Shown here piece after piece: positions 30,982 to 41,439 of a DNA stretch of 64,000 nt; position 1 is the stretch's first letter; every line of letters begins with the position of its first letter. The position numbers and the translations under genes were made by a program. The DNA is from a bacterium (GTDB lineage: Bacteria > UBA8248), in contig CBDBBI010000010.1 in assembly GCA_965202625.1 (NCBI GenBank), positions 2,752,001 to 2,816,000 of the forward strand. Direction: 5' to 3'. The notes under the pieces were generated by a model. It made no database searches, was not told the origin of the DNA, and worked only from the letters and a program-made list of their open reading frames with translations.

Positions 30982-31083
30982 AGGCACCTAGGAGTCGCAC
31001 AGGAGGCGTGAATATCTGCGTTTTAGTCGTTTTTGGACTTGGGAATTCAATCGGCGAGTCAACTTAGGAAAGGAGACTGAAAT

Positions 31084-31644
31084 ATGAAATTCAAGATTTA
31101 CGGGCCGTTTGAAGTTCCAACGGGAACGGAAGAAGGAAGCTCGAAAAATCGGATTGGGAAGAAAGACGCGACATTATTTTGGGAAAAAGTAGAAGATGAC
31201 CATAAAGGTTTGTCGGCAGCATGTGGATGTTATGTTTTCGCACTTAGAGCAGGAGGCGACAAGGCCAAGGAAAAACCGTGGTACGTTGGCAAGGCCGAAA
31301 AACAGCCTCTCAAAAAAGAATGCTTCCAGTCTCATAAACTGACGATATACAACGATAGTATAGGTCAAAAAGGCAATCGCAGTAGCCAACCAGTGATGTA
31401 TTTCTTGGCGAGGTGTAGAGACAAAACGGGCACATTCTCAAAGCCATCTAAAAATGCATATGAGGACATACAATTTGTGGAAGAGATGTTCATCGGAAAA
31501 GGAGTTTTACAAAACCCGAAACTTAAAAACATTCAGAACACGAATATACCCAAAAAATTGTCTGTGGAAGGATTCTATGGACCCCAAAGTCGTGGAAAAC
31601 AACCCAGTCATGTAGTGGAATTCAAGAAATTATTTGGTGAATAA
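31084..31644 (+). CDS. GIY-YIG nuclease-like protein, AT-rich
   Basis: GCYVF...WYVGKA bipartite motif, with a later E and N (FVEEMFI...KLKN). Visibly lower GC than the flanks. Confidence 0.65.
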   Translation: MKFKIYGPFEVPTGTEEGSSKNRIGKKDATLFWEKVEDDHKGLSAACGCYVFALRAGGDKAKEKPWYVGKAEKQPLKKECFQSHKLTIYNDSIGQKGNRSSQPVMYFLARCRDKTGTFSKPSKNAYEDIQFVEEMFIGKGVLQNPKLKNIQNTNIPKKLSVEGFYGPQSRGKQPSHVVEFKKLFGE

Positions 31645-31830
31645 AATAAAATTCTCGTCAGCAAGTGCAATTTCATGAATGGAAGAACGGCTCACATCTC
31701 GCAAAATTCTATTGGACTTCAAAATGACCCAAGGTTCACCGTCTTCATCTGTTTAGCTTAAAGTTCGTCATAAAAGATAGAACCCACCATATCGAGTGCC
31801 CTGTGATGGGTTTTGAGAGTCGCACCGAGC

Positions 31831-33582
31831 CTACCTCGCCACGGCCCCGGGCCGCCGCTCGGGGATGATCGGCAAAAGCAGGTGCGAGGGGTGCTGTGGG
31901 CCCGTGTGCAGGGTGGTGCGGCCCCCGAATACCTCCTTCGAGCGGTCGATGGGGTGATCGTGAAGAAACGGCCCCGACCCACGCGAGGGGACGTAAGCCG
32001 CAACGGCGGGCCCCGGCCGGTCGAAGTCCTGCCCGGCGATGTTGACGGCCAGGCGAAAGCCCTTCGGCAGGACTATGCACTGAGGCCATATCTCCACGTC
32101 GAGTTCGTATATGCGCTCGGGTCTCAAGGGCTGTTTGTCGTCGTGGGTGTGGTAAGGTCGCCAGGGCTCTGATTTTTCCGCGTCGAGCTTGCGGTGAGAG
32201 GCGCGCAGCCAGCCCTGGGCGAGCGGCGTTTTGGGGTCTACCGTGCCCTGAAAGTATACCTCGCGCCCCTTGGGAGAGAACGCCTGGACGGTGACGAACA
32301 AGTCGGCGTCCACGGTGGATGAGGAGACGAAGAGTTTGGCTGCCATGGGGCCCGTGATTTCGGTCTCCTCCTCGAGCGGCGGCGTCATCAGCGTCACTCC
32401 TCGGGTGAGCGCCTGGAAGGTTATCGAATCCTTGTCCTTTGGCGCTTTCCAGTCGAGTTTTCCCTTGCCGCCCGCGTGCAGATACAGATTTGTCCATTTC
32501 GTGCCCTTGAGCGGCCATTCATGCTCTTTGCGCAACTCCACCTCGTCGGTGAAGGGACGCCTGAGGTTGAGCCACACCCGAGGCTCTTTCTCCCAGCCGT
32601 TGCGCTCCCCCTTGAGATAGTAGTCGAAGAAGCGCTTTTGCAGCTGCATTCCGTATTCGAGGTAGAACCACTCCTCGTGTCTGCCCGGATGCCCTTCAAG
32701 CCACTTCTCCTTTGACGCCGCCTGTGTGAACGCCTCGAAGTTGCCGCGCGGGTGGAGGCCAAAGCCCGCCCAACTCCCCGCGCTGAGGAAGGGAACCTGC
32801 ACTTTGGACCAATCGGGCGACCTTGAGCGATACCAGTCGTCGTCCATCTCCCGGGCCAGGAAGTTGGCGAGCGTATCGGCCCGATTTTCCGCGAGCTCCT
32901 CCTGGGAGAGCTTCGCCGGGCCCGTCGCGCGCGTCTCCATCCAGTGGTCGCGCGGGCCTTTGGGGTTGCCGTGCTGCACCGCCTCGACCTGGCGCGGATA
33001 CCAGATTTCCATGAACTTGTTGGAGAGAATGCCGCCGTGCCGCGCCCAGTCGCGGTAGTGGTCGGCGGCCCCCTCCCAGGGGATCATCGCCGTCAGGTGT
33101 TTGGGCTGCAAGGCGGCGACCTGCCATTGGTTGATGGCGTAATAGGAGACGCCGTTCAGGCCGACATTGCCGTTCGACCATTGTTGTCGGCCTGCCCATT
33201 CGATGGCGAGGGCGAAATCTTTGGTTTCACGGGGGGAGAAAATATCGAGATAGCCGGGCGAGCGTCCCGCCCCGCGCGAATCGAGCCGCACGCAGGCGTA
33301 ACCCCAGGGCACCCAAATTTCGGGGTCGACCGTCTCCCAGGTCAGCCAGCGATGCGCAGAACCCGCCAGAATGTCTGGATGCATCTTCACCAGCGAGTCC
33401 CAGAGCGGCTTGTAGTGTTCTTGATACTTGACTCCCTTGCCATATGGACCGCCAGCCATGACGACGGGCGCCTTCTCCTTGGTGTCCGGCCTGTAGACGT
33501 CGACCCGTAACACTACCCCATCGTCCATTGTGACGGGCAAATCGCGCTCAATAATCATACGCCCCTCCTGGTTTGAGAACAT
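31831..33582 (-). CDS. CocE/NonD family hydrolase (S15)
   Basis: GPYGKG, DSRGAGRSPG, GVSYYA nucleophile elbow and C-terminal GWLRASHR. Confidence 0.92.
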   Translation of the reverse strand: MFSNQEGRMIIERDLPVTMDDGVVLRVDVYRPDTKEKAPVVMAGGPYGKGVKYQEHYKPLWDSLVKMHPDILAGSAHRWLTWETVDPEIWVPWGYACVRLDSRGAGRSPGYLDIFSPRETKDFALAIEWAGRQQWSNGNVGLNGVSYYAINQWQVAALQPKHLTAMIPWEGAADHYRDWARHGGILSNKFMEIWYPRQVEAVQHGNPKGPRDHWMETRATGPAKLSQEELAENRADTLANFLAREMDDDWYRSRSPDWSKVQVPFLSAGSWAGFGLHPRGNFEAFTQAASKEKWLEGHPGRHEEWFYLEYGMQLQKRFFDYYLKGERNGWEKEPRVWLNLRRPFTDEVELRKEHEWPLKGTKWTNLYLHAGGKGKLDWKAPKDKDSITFQALTRGVTLMTPPLEEETEITGPMAAKLFVSSSTVDADLFVTVQAFSPKGREVYFQGTVDPKTPLAQGWLRASHRKLDAEKSEPWRPYHTHDDKQPLRPERIYELDVEIWPQCIVLPKGFRLAVNIAGQDFDRPGPAVAAYVPSRGSGPFLHDHPIDRSKEVFGGRTTLHTGPQHPSHLLLPIIPERRPGAVAR

Positions 33583-33907
33583 GGTGGCGCGACTCCACAG
33601 GTGACGACCGTCCGCTCACTTCACGTTCCAGCATTTCAGATATACAAAAATTATAGGACAAGACGCCGCATTGTTCAATTTGGGATTTCATGGTGTGCTC
33701 TCGCTCCCCCTAGGTCTATGGAGCGTCTCCTGAAGTGGCGCCGCAGGCCGCCCTCTTGCATAGGGGAGGATCGTCGCGTCACGCGCCAGCCTTGAAAGGG
33801 CTGGACGGCGCCTGTAAGGTGATGATCGGCTTTCGTTTTGGAGGCTGTCCTCGCTTTGAAGGTTTCCTGGTCTGGGTTTCCAGGCGTGCCGCCGTGAAGA
33901 ATGCGCT

Positions 33908-34375
33908 TTGGAAGAATGCGCTTTGAAGAAGCACATCGACGACGTTGACCGGCGCCTCTCAGGTTGGATGAACCGATACGGCCGGTTGTTCCTCCGGGTT
34001 TCGCTCGCCGTCATCTTCATCTGGTTCGGCATTCTCAAGCCCTTCGGCATGAGCGCGGCGGACGAACTTGTGCGCCGCACGGTCTATTGGTTTCCGCCCG
34101 AGCTCTTCATCCCCCTCCTCGGCTGGTGGGAGGTGGCGATAGGCGCGGGGCTGCTTTTCCGCCCACTCATCCGCCTCGCCTTGTTCTTGCTTTTCCTGCA
34201 AATGCCGGGAACGATTCTGCCCCTCATTCTCCTGCCGGAGGTCTGCTTCGCACAGATTCCCTTCGCCCCCACGCTCGAGGGACAATACATCATCAAAAAC
34301 CTCATCCTCATGAGCGCCGCCATCGTCGTGGGCGGCACGGTGCGCAAGGAAGAGGACGCGCGCGCACTCATCTGA
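33908..34375 (+). CDS. DoxX-like membrane protein
   Basis: LRVSLAVIFIWFGILK and TLEGQYIIKN. Confidence 0.75.
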   Translation: MEECALKKHIDDVDRRLSGWMNRYGRLFLRVSLAVIFIWFGILKPFGMSAADELVRRTVYWFPPELFIPLLGWWEVAIGAGLLFRPLIRLALFLLFLQMPGTILPLILLPEVCFAQIPFAPTLEGQYIIKNLILMSAAIVVGGTVRKEEDARALI

Positions 34376-34625
34376 GGTGCAGCGTTTTTGGATGGGTTTT
34401 GGCAATGGGCGCCAAGCCCCATTTTTTCATCAAGCGCGCGGCTTGGGAATGAAGCGCATCCGTCGCCCGCATCGGGCTCTTGTGGGGCGGATGATATTCG
34501 CCTCATGGCCCGCGACGCCACGCGCCCTGCTTCGGCTCATAGCGCGTGCGACGCTGGATGGGAGGACAAAAAATGCTATAGTTATTCGAATCGGCATGAA
34601 AATCACCATCTCCCGGGGAGAAGCA

Positions 34626-35021
34626 ATGATGAGCGAACCGCAAATCAGCGCCCAGGACGTGCGGAACGCCAGCGCGGGCTGCCTTCAAAAGCAGATGTAT
34701 GTTTATTTCACCACGCCGGCGAACGGCATGGGGCCCGTGATGGCGAATTTGGAAGATCACCTGAAGTTTCAGGTCGATTTGGAGCAGAGGGGAATCATGT
34801 TCGGGGCGGGTCCTTTTTGGACGGATGACGAGCGGCGTTGGGAGGGAGAGGGCATGGTCATCATTCGGGCCGCATCCTTGGAGGAGGCGAGAGAAATCGC
34901 CGAATCAGACCCGATGCACGCAAGCGGGGCGCGCACGTTCACGATACGCCCCTGGCTCCTGAACGAAGGCTCCGTGACGATGCGGATCACGTATTCAGAC
35001 GGGGGACGAGAAGTCGTATGA
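34626..35021 (+). CDS. YciI family protein
   Basis: HLKFQ, GAGP, AESDPMH and RPW. Confidence 0.85.
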   Translation: MMSEPQISAQDVRNASAGCLQKQMYVYFTTPANGMGPVMANLEDHLKFQVDLEQRGIMFGAGPFWTDDERRWEGEGMVIIRAASLEEAREIAESDPMHASGARTFTIRPWLLNEGSVTMRITYSDGGREVV

Positions 35022-35061
35022 TATGAGGAGGCTCCGCCCCTGCCCATGAGGTTGAACAGCG

Positions 35062-35934
35062 ATGCGCTGGACCCGAAGAAGAGAGAAATTTCGCGCCATA
35101 CTCTCTGGCGAGAGGTGCGTTCATCCCGGTTCGGTCTATGACCCTCTCTCCGCGCGCATGGCCGAGGACGTCGGCTACGAGCTCGGAATACTCGCAGGCT
35201 CCACCGCTTCACTCACCGTTCTGGGCGCGCCCGATATGATTTTGTTGACGTTGACGGAATTCGCCCAACAAGCGCTCAGAATCAATCGCGCGGTGAACAT
35301 CCCCCTTCTGGTGGACGCTGACCATGGGTATGGCAACGCCCTGAACGTGAAAAGAACGGTCGAAGAACTGGAGACTGCGGGCGTGGCCGCCCTTTCCATA
35401 GAAGATACGGCACTCCCGCAAACCTTTGGAGCGATGGGTGCGGCGCAGCTCAGTCCCATTGACGAGGGGGTGGGGAAAATGCGCGCCGCTCTGGAGGGAC
35501 GTCAGGACACGAATCTGGTGGTTGTGGGAAGAACGGGCGCGCCTCGCCTCACGAGCACGAGGGACGCCGTCGCGCGCGCGAAGGCATACGAGGCGGCGGG
35601 GGTGGACGCCATCTTTCTGATGGGCGTTCAAAGTCGGGAGCAGCTGGAGGCCATCTCCGCGGAGGTGAACCTTCCCATCATATTAGGCGGCGCCGACCGA
35701 AAGGTGCGCGGGCTGGATTATCTGTCCGAAAGGGGCGTTCGCGTCGCACTCCAGGGTCATCAGCCCATCATGGCGGCGGCCCAGGCGGCCTATGCGACGC
35801 TGAAAGCGCTTAAAAACGGCGCGCAGCCGGAGGAATTGGAGAACGTTCCCTCCGGCGTGTTCATGAAAAAATACGTCAACGATGCGGATTATCGTCGCCA
35901 AATGAGAGAGTTTCTGGAGCGCGGAGAATCCTGA
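35062..35934 (+). CDS. Isocitrate lyase/PEP mutase family enzyme (oxaloacetate decarboxylase-like)
   Basis: YDPLSAR, VDADHGYGNALNV and SIED. Confidence 0.85.
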   Translation: MRWTRRREKFRAILSGERCVHPGSVYDPLSARMAEDVGYELGILAGSTASLTVLGAPDMILLTLTEFAQQALRINRAVNIPLLVDADHGYGNALNVKRTVEELETAGVAALSIEDTALPQTFGAMGAAQLSPIDEGVGKMRAALEGRQDTNLVVVGRTGAPRLTSTRDAVARAKAYEAAGVDAIFLMGVQSREQLEAISAEVNLPIILGGADRKVRGLDYLSERGVRVALQGHQPIMAAAQAAYATLKALKNGAQPEELENVPSGVFMKKYVNDADYRRQMREFLERGES

Positions 35935-36089
35935 TTTACCGCGCACGACGCCGCGCGATCGGCGAGAGGGGGACGCTTCCCAGGGACGTAGGTTTGTCCG
36001 CAACTGGTTGCTCGCAGTGACGAAAAGCATTTGAGGGAGATATACTGGCGCACGATTCAAGCAGACGTGTGATGTGGGGAGACGGTCTC

Positions 36090-37232
36090 TTGGCCATAGA
36101 ACTTGCGTGGTATATGTCCTGTGACGGCGACGGCGCATATATCGGCCAGAAATACGCCGACCATCCCCCAGGCTACGATACGTTCACCCGCATCGCCCGG
36201 AACGCCGAGCGCAGCGGCTTCACCACCATCCTGGTGCCGACCTCTCAGGTCAGCGGCCACTATGGGCCGCAAGCCCCCACGTGGGACAGTATGGTGAATG
36301 CTGCGGTCATCGGTCCTGCGACGAGGACGATAAAACTCCTTCTCGCGGTGCGGGTGGGAGTGATTGCTCCGGCCGTTTGCGCCCGAATGATGGCCTCTCT
36401 CGATGAACTCACCAATGGCCGCATTCTCTATAACGTAGTGACGGGAGGTGCCGCGCTTTCGAGCTATGGAGAGGAGCTTGGGCACGACGTGCGCTATGAA
36501 CGCACGGACGAGTATCTGGAAATCCTCGAGGGACTGTGGACGCGGGAGAAATACACGTTTGAAGGGCGCTTCTATCGTCTGAAAGGCGCCACCGTGTATC
36601 CAAGACCCGTGCAGAAGCCAAGAATTCCTTTTTTTATGGCCGGGGCCTCGGAAATTGCACAAGAGATCGCCATTAGGCGGGCGGAGTATTCGGTGTTCTG
36701 GGGAGAAAGCCCAAAACAGGTGGCGGAGCGTGTAAAGCATATGAACGCGAAGTGCGAGAGAGCGGGGCGCAAGAGGCCGCTCAAGTATGTGACCCGCTTT
36801 CAAATCTTTGCGCGCGAGACCGAGGCGGAAGCCTTCGAGGCGGCTGAGGAAGTGATGAGTCGGGTCGATCCGGAGGTGCTGGCGCATCGCGGAAAAGTGA
36901 TCTCCTCGTTTGAGAGCCAGGGCACCAAGGAGCAGCAGGCCCGCGCGAAAGAGGAGATGGTGGGTCCCAACCTTTGGGCGGGCATGGGCAGGATTCGCTC
37001 GGGCTCCGCCGTCGCCATCGTGGGTTCTTATGCGCAGTGTGCAAAGAAGATCATAGAGATCGAGCGCGCGGGGATTGATTTGTTGATCCTCTCCGGGTTC
37101 CCTCTGTCTGAAGAGTGCCGAACCGTGGGCAAACACGTCATTCCTCTTGTGCGCGAGATGGAACGGGAACAGGGTTTGGTTCATGAGGCGGACGAGGCGT
37201 TTTTGTCCCGGAGTCAGGGAGTTTGCGCATAG
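36090..37232 (+). CDS. LLM-class flavin-dependent monooxygenase (SsuD-like)
   Basis: DGDG, AERSGF, LLAVR, NVVTGG, RYERTDEYL, PNLWAG and LILSGFP. Confidence 0.85.
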   Translation: MAIELAWYMSCDGDGAYIGQKYADHPPGYDTFTRIARNAERSGFTTILVPTSQVSGHYGPQAPTWDSMVNAAVIGPATRTIKLLLAVRVGVIAPAVCARMMASLDELTNGRILYNVVTGGAALSSYGEELGHDVRYERTDEYLEILEGLWTREKYTFEGRFYRLKGATVYPRPVQKPRIPFFMAGASEIAQEIAIRRAEYSVFWGESPKQVAERVKHMNAKCERAGRKRPLKYVTRFQIFARETEAEAFEAAEEVMSRVDPEVLAHRGKVISSFESQGTKEQQARAKEEMVGPNLWAGMGRIRSGSAVAIVGSYAQCAKKIIEIERAGIDLLILSGFPLSEECRTVGKHVIPLVREMEREQGLVHEADEAFLSRSQGVCA

Positions 37233-37309
37233 TTCGTCACGGTCTTTGGAAACGCGGGCGCATGGCGAACCTGATCTGTTCATCCTTTTATTGATGAGGG
37301 CGAGGCTAT

Positions 37310-38485
37310 ATGAATTTTGACTTGAACGAAGAGCAGCGGGCGTGGCGGGAAAAGGCGAGAAAGTTCGCTCATGAGGAAATTGCGCCCATATCCCTTGAGC
37401 GCGACCAGATATCCGATCCGCGCGATACCTTCGATTGGGAAATCATCAAGAAAGGTTCGAGGCTCGGTTTTCGCACCGCCGTCGTCCCCAAGGAGCGTGG
37501 CGGCCATGGAATTGATTTCGTCACACAGGCTTTGGTGATGGAGGAGCTCGCGCGCGGCGACAGCGCGATATCGAAAACGTTCAGCCAGTGCTGGAAGTGG
37601 AGCCACCTCATAGCCGCTTCCTGCACGGACGATCAAAAAGACAGGTTTCTGAAGCCGTTTCTGGAGGACGACGCCTACCTTCTGGGAAAAGGGGGAACCG
37701 AGGAGGCGGCGGGCTCGGATAACCGAATGCCCTCTGAGGATCCCCGAACGGGTTGGAAGCTCCGGGCGGTGCGCGAGGGGGATGAATGGGTGCTGAATGG
37801 CCGAAAACGCTATATCGCCAACGGAAGTGTGGCCAAGCTCTTTTTCATTGACGGCAGAACGGACCCTGACGTTCCCATCTCGAAGGGGACGACGCTCTTT
37901 CTGGTACCGACGGATGCACCGGGGTTTCGAGTGGGGAAGGTGTATGACAAAATCGGTTGGCGATTTTATCAAAACGCGGAGCTGATCTTTGAAAACGCCC
38001 GCGTGCCGCACGCCAATGTGGTCGGAGAGGTGAACCGGGGAATTCAGGCGAGAAAGGGGGATACGTCCGAGTTTGGGGACCTGGAGCTCTCCGCCAACGG
38101 GCTGGGCGTGTGTCAGGCGGCGGTCGACATGGCGATGCGCCACGCTAGAACGCGCTGGCAGGGTGGAAAGCACATCATTGAGCATCAGGCCATTCAGCTC
38201 AAACTCTCGGAGATGCACATGCTCACCGAGGCGCTCAGATCTTACGTCATGCGGACGGCGTGCGACCTTGAAAAGGGCGCGGACCGTGATATGAAGCACA
38301 ACATCCTGCTCATGAACTTCGCCTCGGACGTCATTCAGCGCGTCACCCATCTGAACATGGACGTTCACGGGGGCGCCGGAGTCATGAAGGATGTAGGCGT
38401 GGAGAAACTGGTCCGGGACGCGGCGATTTGGACGCATTTGGCCGGCGACGCCGTGCAGAGGATCAAAGTCATCAAGCACCTGTGA
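37310..38485 (+). CDS. Acyl-CoA dehydrogenase family protein
   Basis: TEEAAGSD, LNGRKRYIANG, HQAIQ and HGGAG...VEKLVRDA. Confidence 0.9.
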   Translation: MNFDLNEEQRAWREKARKFAHEEIAPISLERDQISDPRDTFDWEIIKKGSRLGFRTAVVPKERGGHGIDFVTQALVMEELARGDSAISKTFSQCWKWSHLIAASCTDDQKDRFLKPFLEDDAYLLGKGGTEEAAGSDNRMPSEDPRTGWKLRAVREGDEWVLNGRKRYIANGSVAKLFFIDGRTDPDVPISKGTTLFLVPTDAPGFRVGKVYDKIGWRFYQNAELIFENARVPHANVVGEVNRGIQARKGDTSEFGDLELSANGLGVCQAAVDMAMRHARTRWQGGKHIIEHQAIQLKLSEMHMLTEALRSYVMRTACDLEKGADRDMKHNILLMNFASDVIQRVTHLNMDVHGGAGVMKDVGVEKLVRDAAIWTHLAGDAVQRIKVIKHL

Positions 38486-38498
38486 GCGGAGAAATCAT

Positions 38499-39578
38499 AT
38501 GAGCGGAAAATCGGTTTCCTTGGCTGTCATTTTGGGAGACGGCGTGGGCCACGACGTGTTGCCCGTGGCGAGCGAGGTGATTCAGGAGGCGGCGGGCGCC
38601 ACAGGGGTGGATGTTCGACCGGAAGTGTATGACTACGGCGCGCTTCACTACCTTGAGCACGGAGCTCCCTTGCCCGACGACGCGGCGGGGCTGGCACGGA
38701 CGCTGGCGGATGTGCACGACGCCATCCTGTTCGGCAGCGCGGGTCTCGATCCGAGGGTTCCGAAGGACGTGAATTGCCGGGAGCTGCTTCGCGCGCTTCG
38801 CTTTGAGCTCGACCTTTACGTGAACCTGCGCCCATCGCCGCTGCTTCATTCTGATTTTTGTCCTCTCAAGAGGGATGCGCCCATCGACCTGGTCGTCGTA
38901 CGCGAAAACACCGAGGGGGTGAACGTGCGCGTAGGCGGAAACTTCAAGATGGGGACGCCGGATGAGATCGCCATTCAGGAGGACATCAACACTTACAAGG
39001 GGGTGTCGCGCATCTGCCGCTACGCCTTCGAGTATGCGCGAAAACACGACTACCCCAAGGTGACAATGGCGGACAAGCATGGCTCCTTGGTTCATGCGCA
39101 CGGCCTCTGGCAGCGGGTTTTTTGGAGCGTTGAAGAGGAGTTTCCGGACGTGGAGGGCGAGCATTATTTCATCGACACCCTTTGCCAGGATCTTCTCTAC
39201 AAGCCCGATCATTTCGGCGTCATCGTCACAAACAACATGTATGGCGATATTTTGAGCGACCTGTGCGCGGGGCTGGTGGGAGGCGTCGGGATGGCGGCCT
39301 CCGGGTGCATTCACCCGGGCCGCGTGTGCATGTTCGAGCCGGTGCACGGCACCGCGCCCGACATCGCCTTGAAGGGAATCGCAAATCCCTTCGCGGCTTG
39401 CCTCACAGGAAGAATCCTGCTGAATACCTTGGGTTTTGAAGAAGCGGCGAACCTCATTTGGGAGGCGATACGCTCCGCCGTTCAAGAGAAGAAGTTGACG
39501 GCCGACGTCGGCGGTTCGCTGAATACGAGGCAAGTGGGCGATTATCTTTGCGCGCGGATTCAGGACTCGGGCGCGTAA
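38499..39578 (+). CDS. Beta-decarboxylating dehydrogenase (isopropylmalate/tartrate dehydrogenase family)
   Basis: GDGVG, VRENTEG, NMYGDILSD and FEPVHGTAPDI. Confidence 0.9.
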   Translation: MSGKSVSLAVILGDGVGHDVLPVASEVIQEAAGATGVDVRPEVYDYGALHYLEHGAPLPDDAAGLARTLADVHDAILFGSAGLDPRVPKDVNCRELLRALRFELDLYVNLRPSPLLHSDFCPLKRDAPIDLVVVRENTEGVNVRVGGNFKMGTPDEIAIQEDINTYKGVSRICRYAFEYARKHDYPKVTMADKHGSLVHAHGLWQRVFWSVEEEFPDVEGEHYFIDTLCQDLLYKPDHFGVIVTNNMYGDILSDLCAGLVGGVGMAASGCIHPGRVCMFEPVHGTAPDIALKGIANPFAACLTGRILLNTLGFEEAANLIWEAIRSAVQEKKLTADVGGSLNTRQVGDYLCARIQDSGA

Positions 39579-39624
39579 GCCTTGTTGTGCCATCGTTCGT
39601 TTTCACGATGTCTGGAGTTCGTTC

Positions 39625-41310
39625 ATGCCCCTTGAGGTTGGCTCTCCCGCACACGCGGGCCAAATCGTCGTCGACGCCCTTGTAAAGGAAGGCGTGAAGA
39701 GGCTGTATTGCCTGCCCGGCTCCCATCTTCTTCAATTCTACGACGCGCTCAGGGAGGCGCCCTCCATCCAGTTGGTCACGTGCAAACAGGAGCCGAACGC
39801 CTCGCTGATGGCCGACGCCTATGGGCGGCTCACCGGAGAGCCCGGCGTTTGTCTGCTCACGGCGGGGCCCGGAGGGGCGAATTCCATCGCGGGCGTGGCG
39901 CAAGCCTACGGGGCGGCGTCTCCGGTGGTGCACATCACGGGCTCCGTGCCCCTGGACGCGACGCGCGAGGCGTTCCACGGAGTGGACGACCCCGATTTTC
40001 TGGTTGACATGTTTCAGAAGGTCACCAAATGGAGCGTTCGCGTGAGGAGTGTGGAGGCCATCTCCGGCGTCATGGCCAAGGCCTTTCAAATCGCCAGAAG
40101 CGGAAGGCCGGGACCGGTTCACGTCGAGATTCCCCGGCTGAGCGACTATAGCCCCCATCTCTTGCAGGAGGCGCCCGTCGCGCTGCCCGAATATAGGCCG
40201 CAACCCGCGCAGGTCGTAGCCCCTCAAGAAGAGGACGTCGCGCAGTATGCCCAGAGGCTGCTGGCCGCGAAATTTCCCGTCATCTGCGCGGGCAAGGGGG
40301 TGATGCGACAAGGGGGGATGGACGAGCTGGCGCGGATTTCTGCGAAATTCTCGATTCCGGTGATTTATCCCCAGGATGCCATGGGCGTCATTCCGGACGA
40401 TCATCCCTTCTCGGTGGGGCGCTATTCCGCTTTCAGGAATACCGCATTCCTGAGCGACGTCACTGCCCGATGCGATTTGATGATGTTCATCGGCCTTCGG
40501 GCGGCCACGGCGGAGGTGTCGCATGTCCAGGGCTATGTGCCGGCGGATCAGATTTTCGTGGGCTTCGACGACGCGGAGGATGCGCACTACGGCGGTGCGG
40601 ATCAGATTGTGGCGGACCCGCAGATGTTTTTAAGCGCCTTGGACGAGCGTCTGGCGGGCGAGAGCGGGCGCGTCAACGAGGAGTTGAGGGAGGAGATCGC
40701 TCGCGGAAAAGCGGATTTGCGGGAGCAGGCGCTGAGGGTGATTGAGGGACATGAGCGCGACGGCCCGATTCATCCCGCCCTCTTGATGGAGAAACTCGCC
40801 GGCCATGTCCGGCCGGACGCCATCGTCATCAGCGACGTGGGGAATTGCCAGATGTTTGCGCGTTACTACTTGCCGATCAGGAACCCTTTCTCCTTCATGC
40901 AGTCGGGCGTGTGGAACGCCATGTCCTTCGCGCTGCCCACGGCCATCGTCGCCAAGATGGAATATCCGGAGCGCGACGTCATCGGTTTGGTGGGGGACGG
41001 CGCTTTCTTGATGACGATAGGCGACTTCGTGACGGCGTCTGAATATGGCGCCAACGTCGTGATGGTCGTGCTCAACGATGGTTCCTATGGCCAAATCGAC
41101 CGGCAGCAGCAGAACCTCTATGGCGCGGCCTATGGCTGTGTGTTCAAGAGTCCCCGTTTCGCCGAGATGGCGCGCTCTTTCGACGCCTTCGGTGCGCGCG
41201 TGGAAAACCCCGACGATCTTGACGAGGCCATCGCGCAGGCACTCTCGGCGGAGAGGCCGGCCATCCTCGAAGTCATGACGCGAGAGCAGCCCCTGCCGAA
41301 CATTTCATAA
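39625..41310 (+). CDS. Thiamine-diphosphate-dependent enzyme (acetolactate synthase-like family)
   Basis: EPNASLMADAYGR, GPG, GRPGPVHVEIP and GDGAF...LNDG. Confidence 0.9.
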   Translation: MPLEVGSPAHAGQIVVDALVKEGVKRLYCLPGSHLLQFYDALREAPSIQLVTCKQEPNASLMADAYGRLTGEPGVCLLTAGPGGANSIAGVAQAYGAASPVVHITGSVPLDATREAFHGVDDPDFLVDMFQKVTKWSVRVRSVEAISGVMAKAFQIARSGRPGPVHVEIPRLSDYSPHLLQEAPVALPEYRPQPAQVVAPQEEDVAQYAQRLLAAKFPVICAGKGVMRQGGMDELARISAKFSIPVIYPQDAMGVIPDDHPFSVGRYSAFRNTAFLSDVTARCDLMMFIGLRAATAEVSHVQGYVPADQIFVGFDDAEDAHYGGADQIVADPQMFLSALDERLAGESGRVNEELREEIARGKADLREQALRVIEGHERDGPIHPALLMEKLAGHVRPDAIVISDVGNCQMFARYYLPIRNPFSFMQSGVWNAMSFALPTAIVAKMEYPERDVIGLVGDGAFLMTIGDFVTASEYGANVVMVVLNDGSYGQIDRQQQNLYGAAYGCVFKSPRFAEMARSFDAFGARVENPDDLDEAIAQALSAERPAILEVMTREQPLPNIS

Positions 41311-41439
41311 CGAGATACCGGCTCAGTGAATTTCCGGCGCAGCCCGCTCCGTCCACGCGCCGCTTCAGGGCGGCGGGAGCTTTCTGGCCTTCGTCTCCCT
41401 CGTTAAGAGGGGTAGCCCTTAAATCATGGAGGATATCGT

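Noticed and set aside
33896-33925. 15-bp tandem repeat GAAGAATGCGCTTTG x2 at the DoxX-like gene start
   Set aside because: Two copies with no spacer are not a CRISPR array; probably a slippage duplication.
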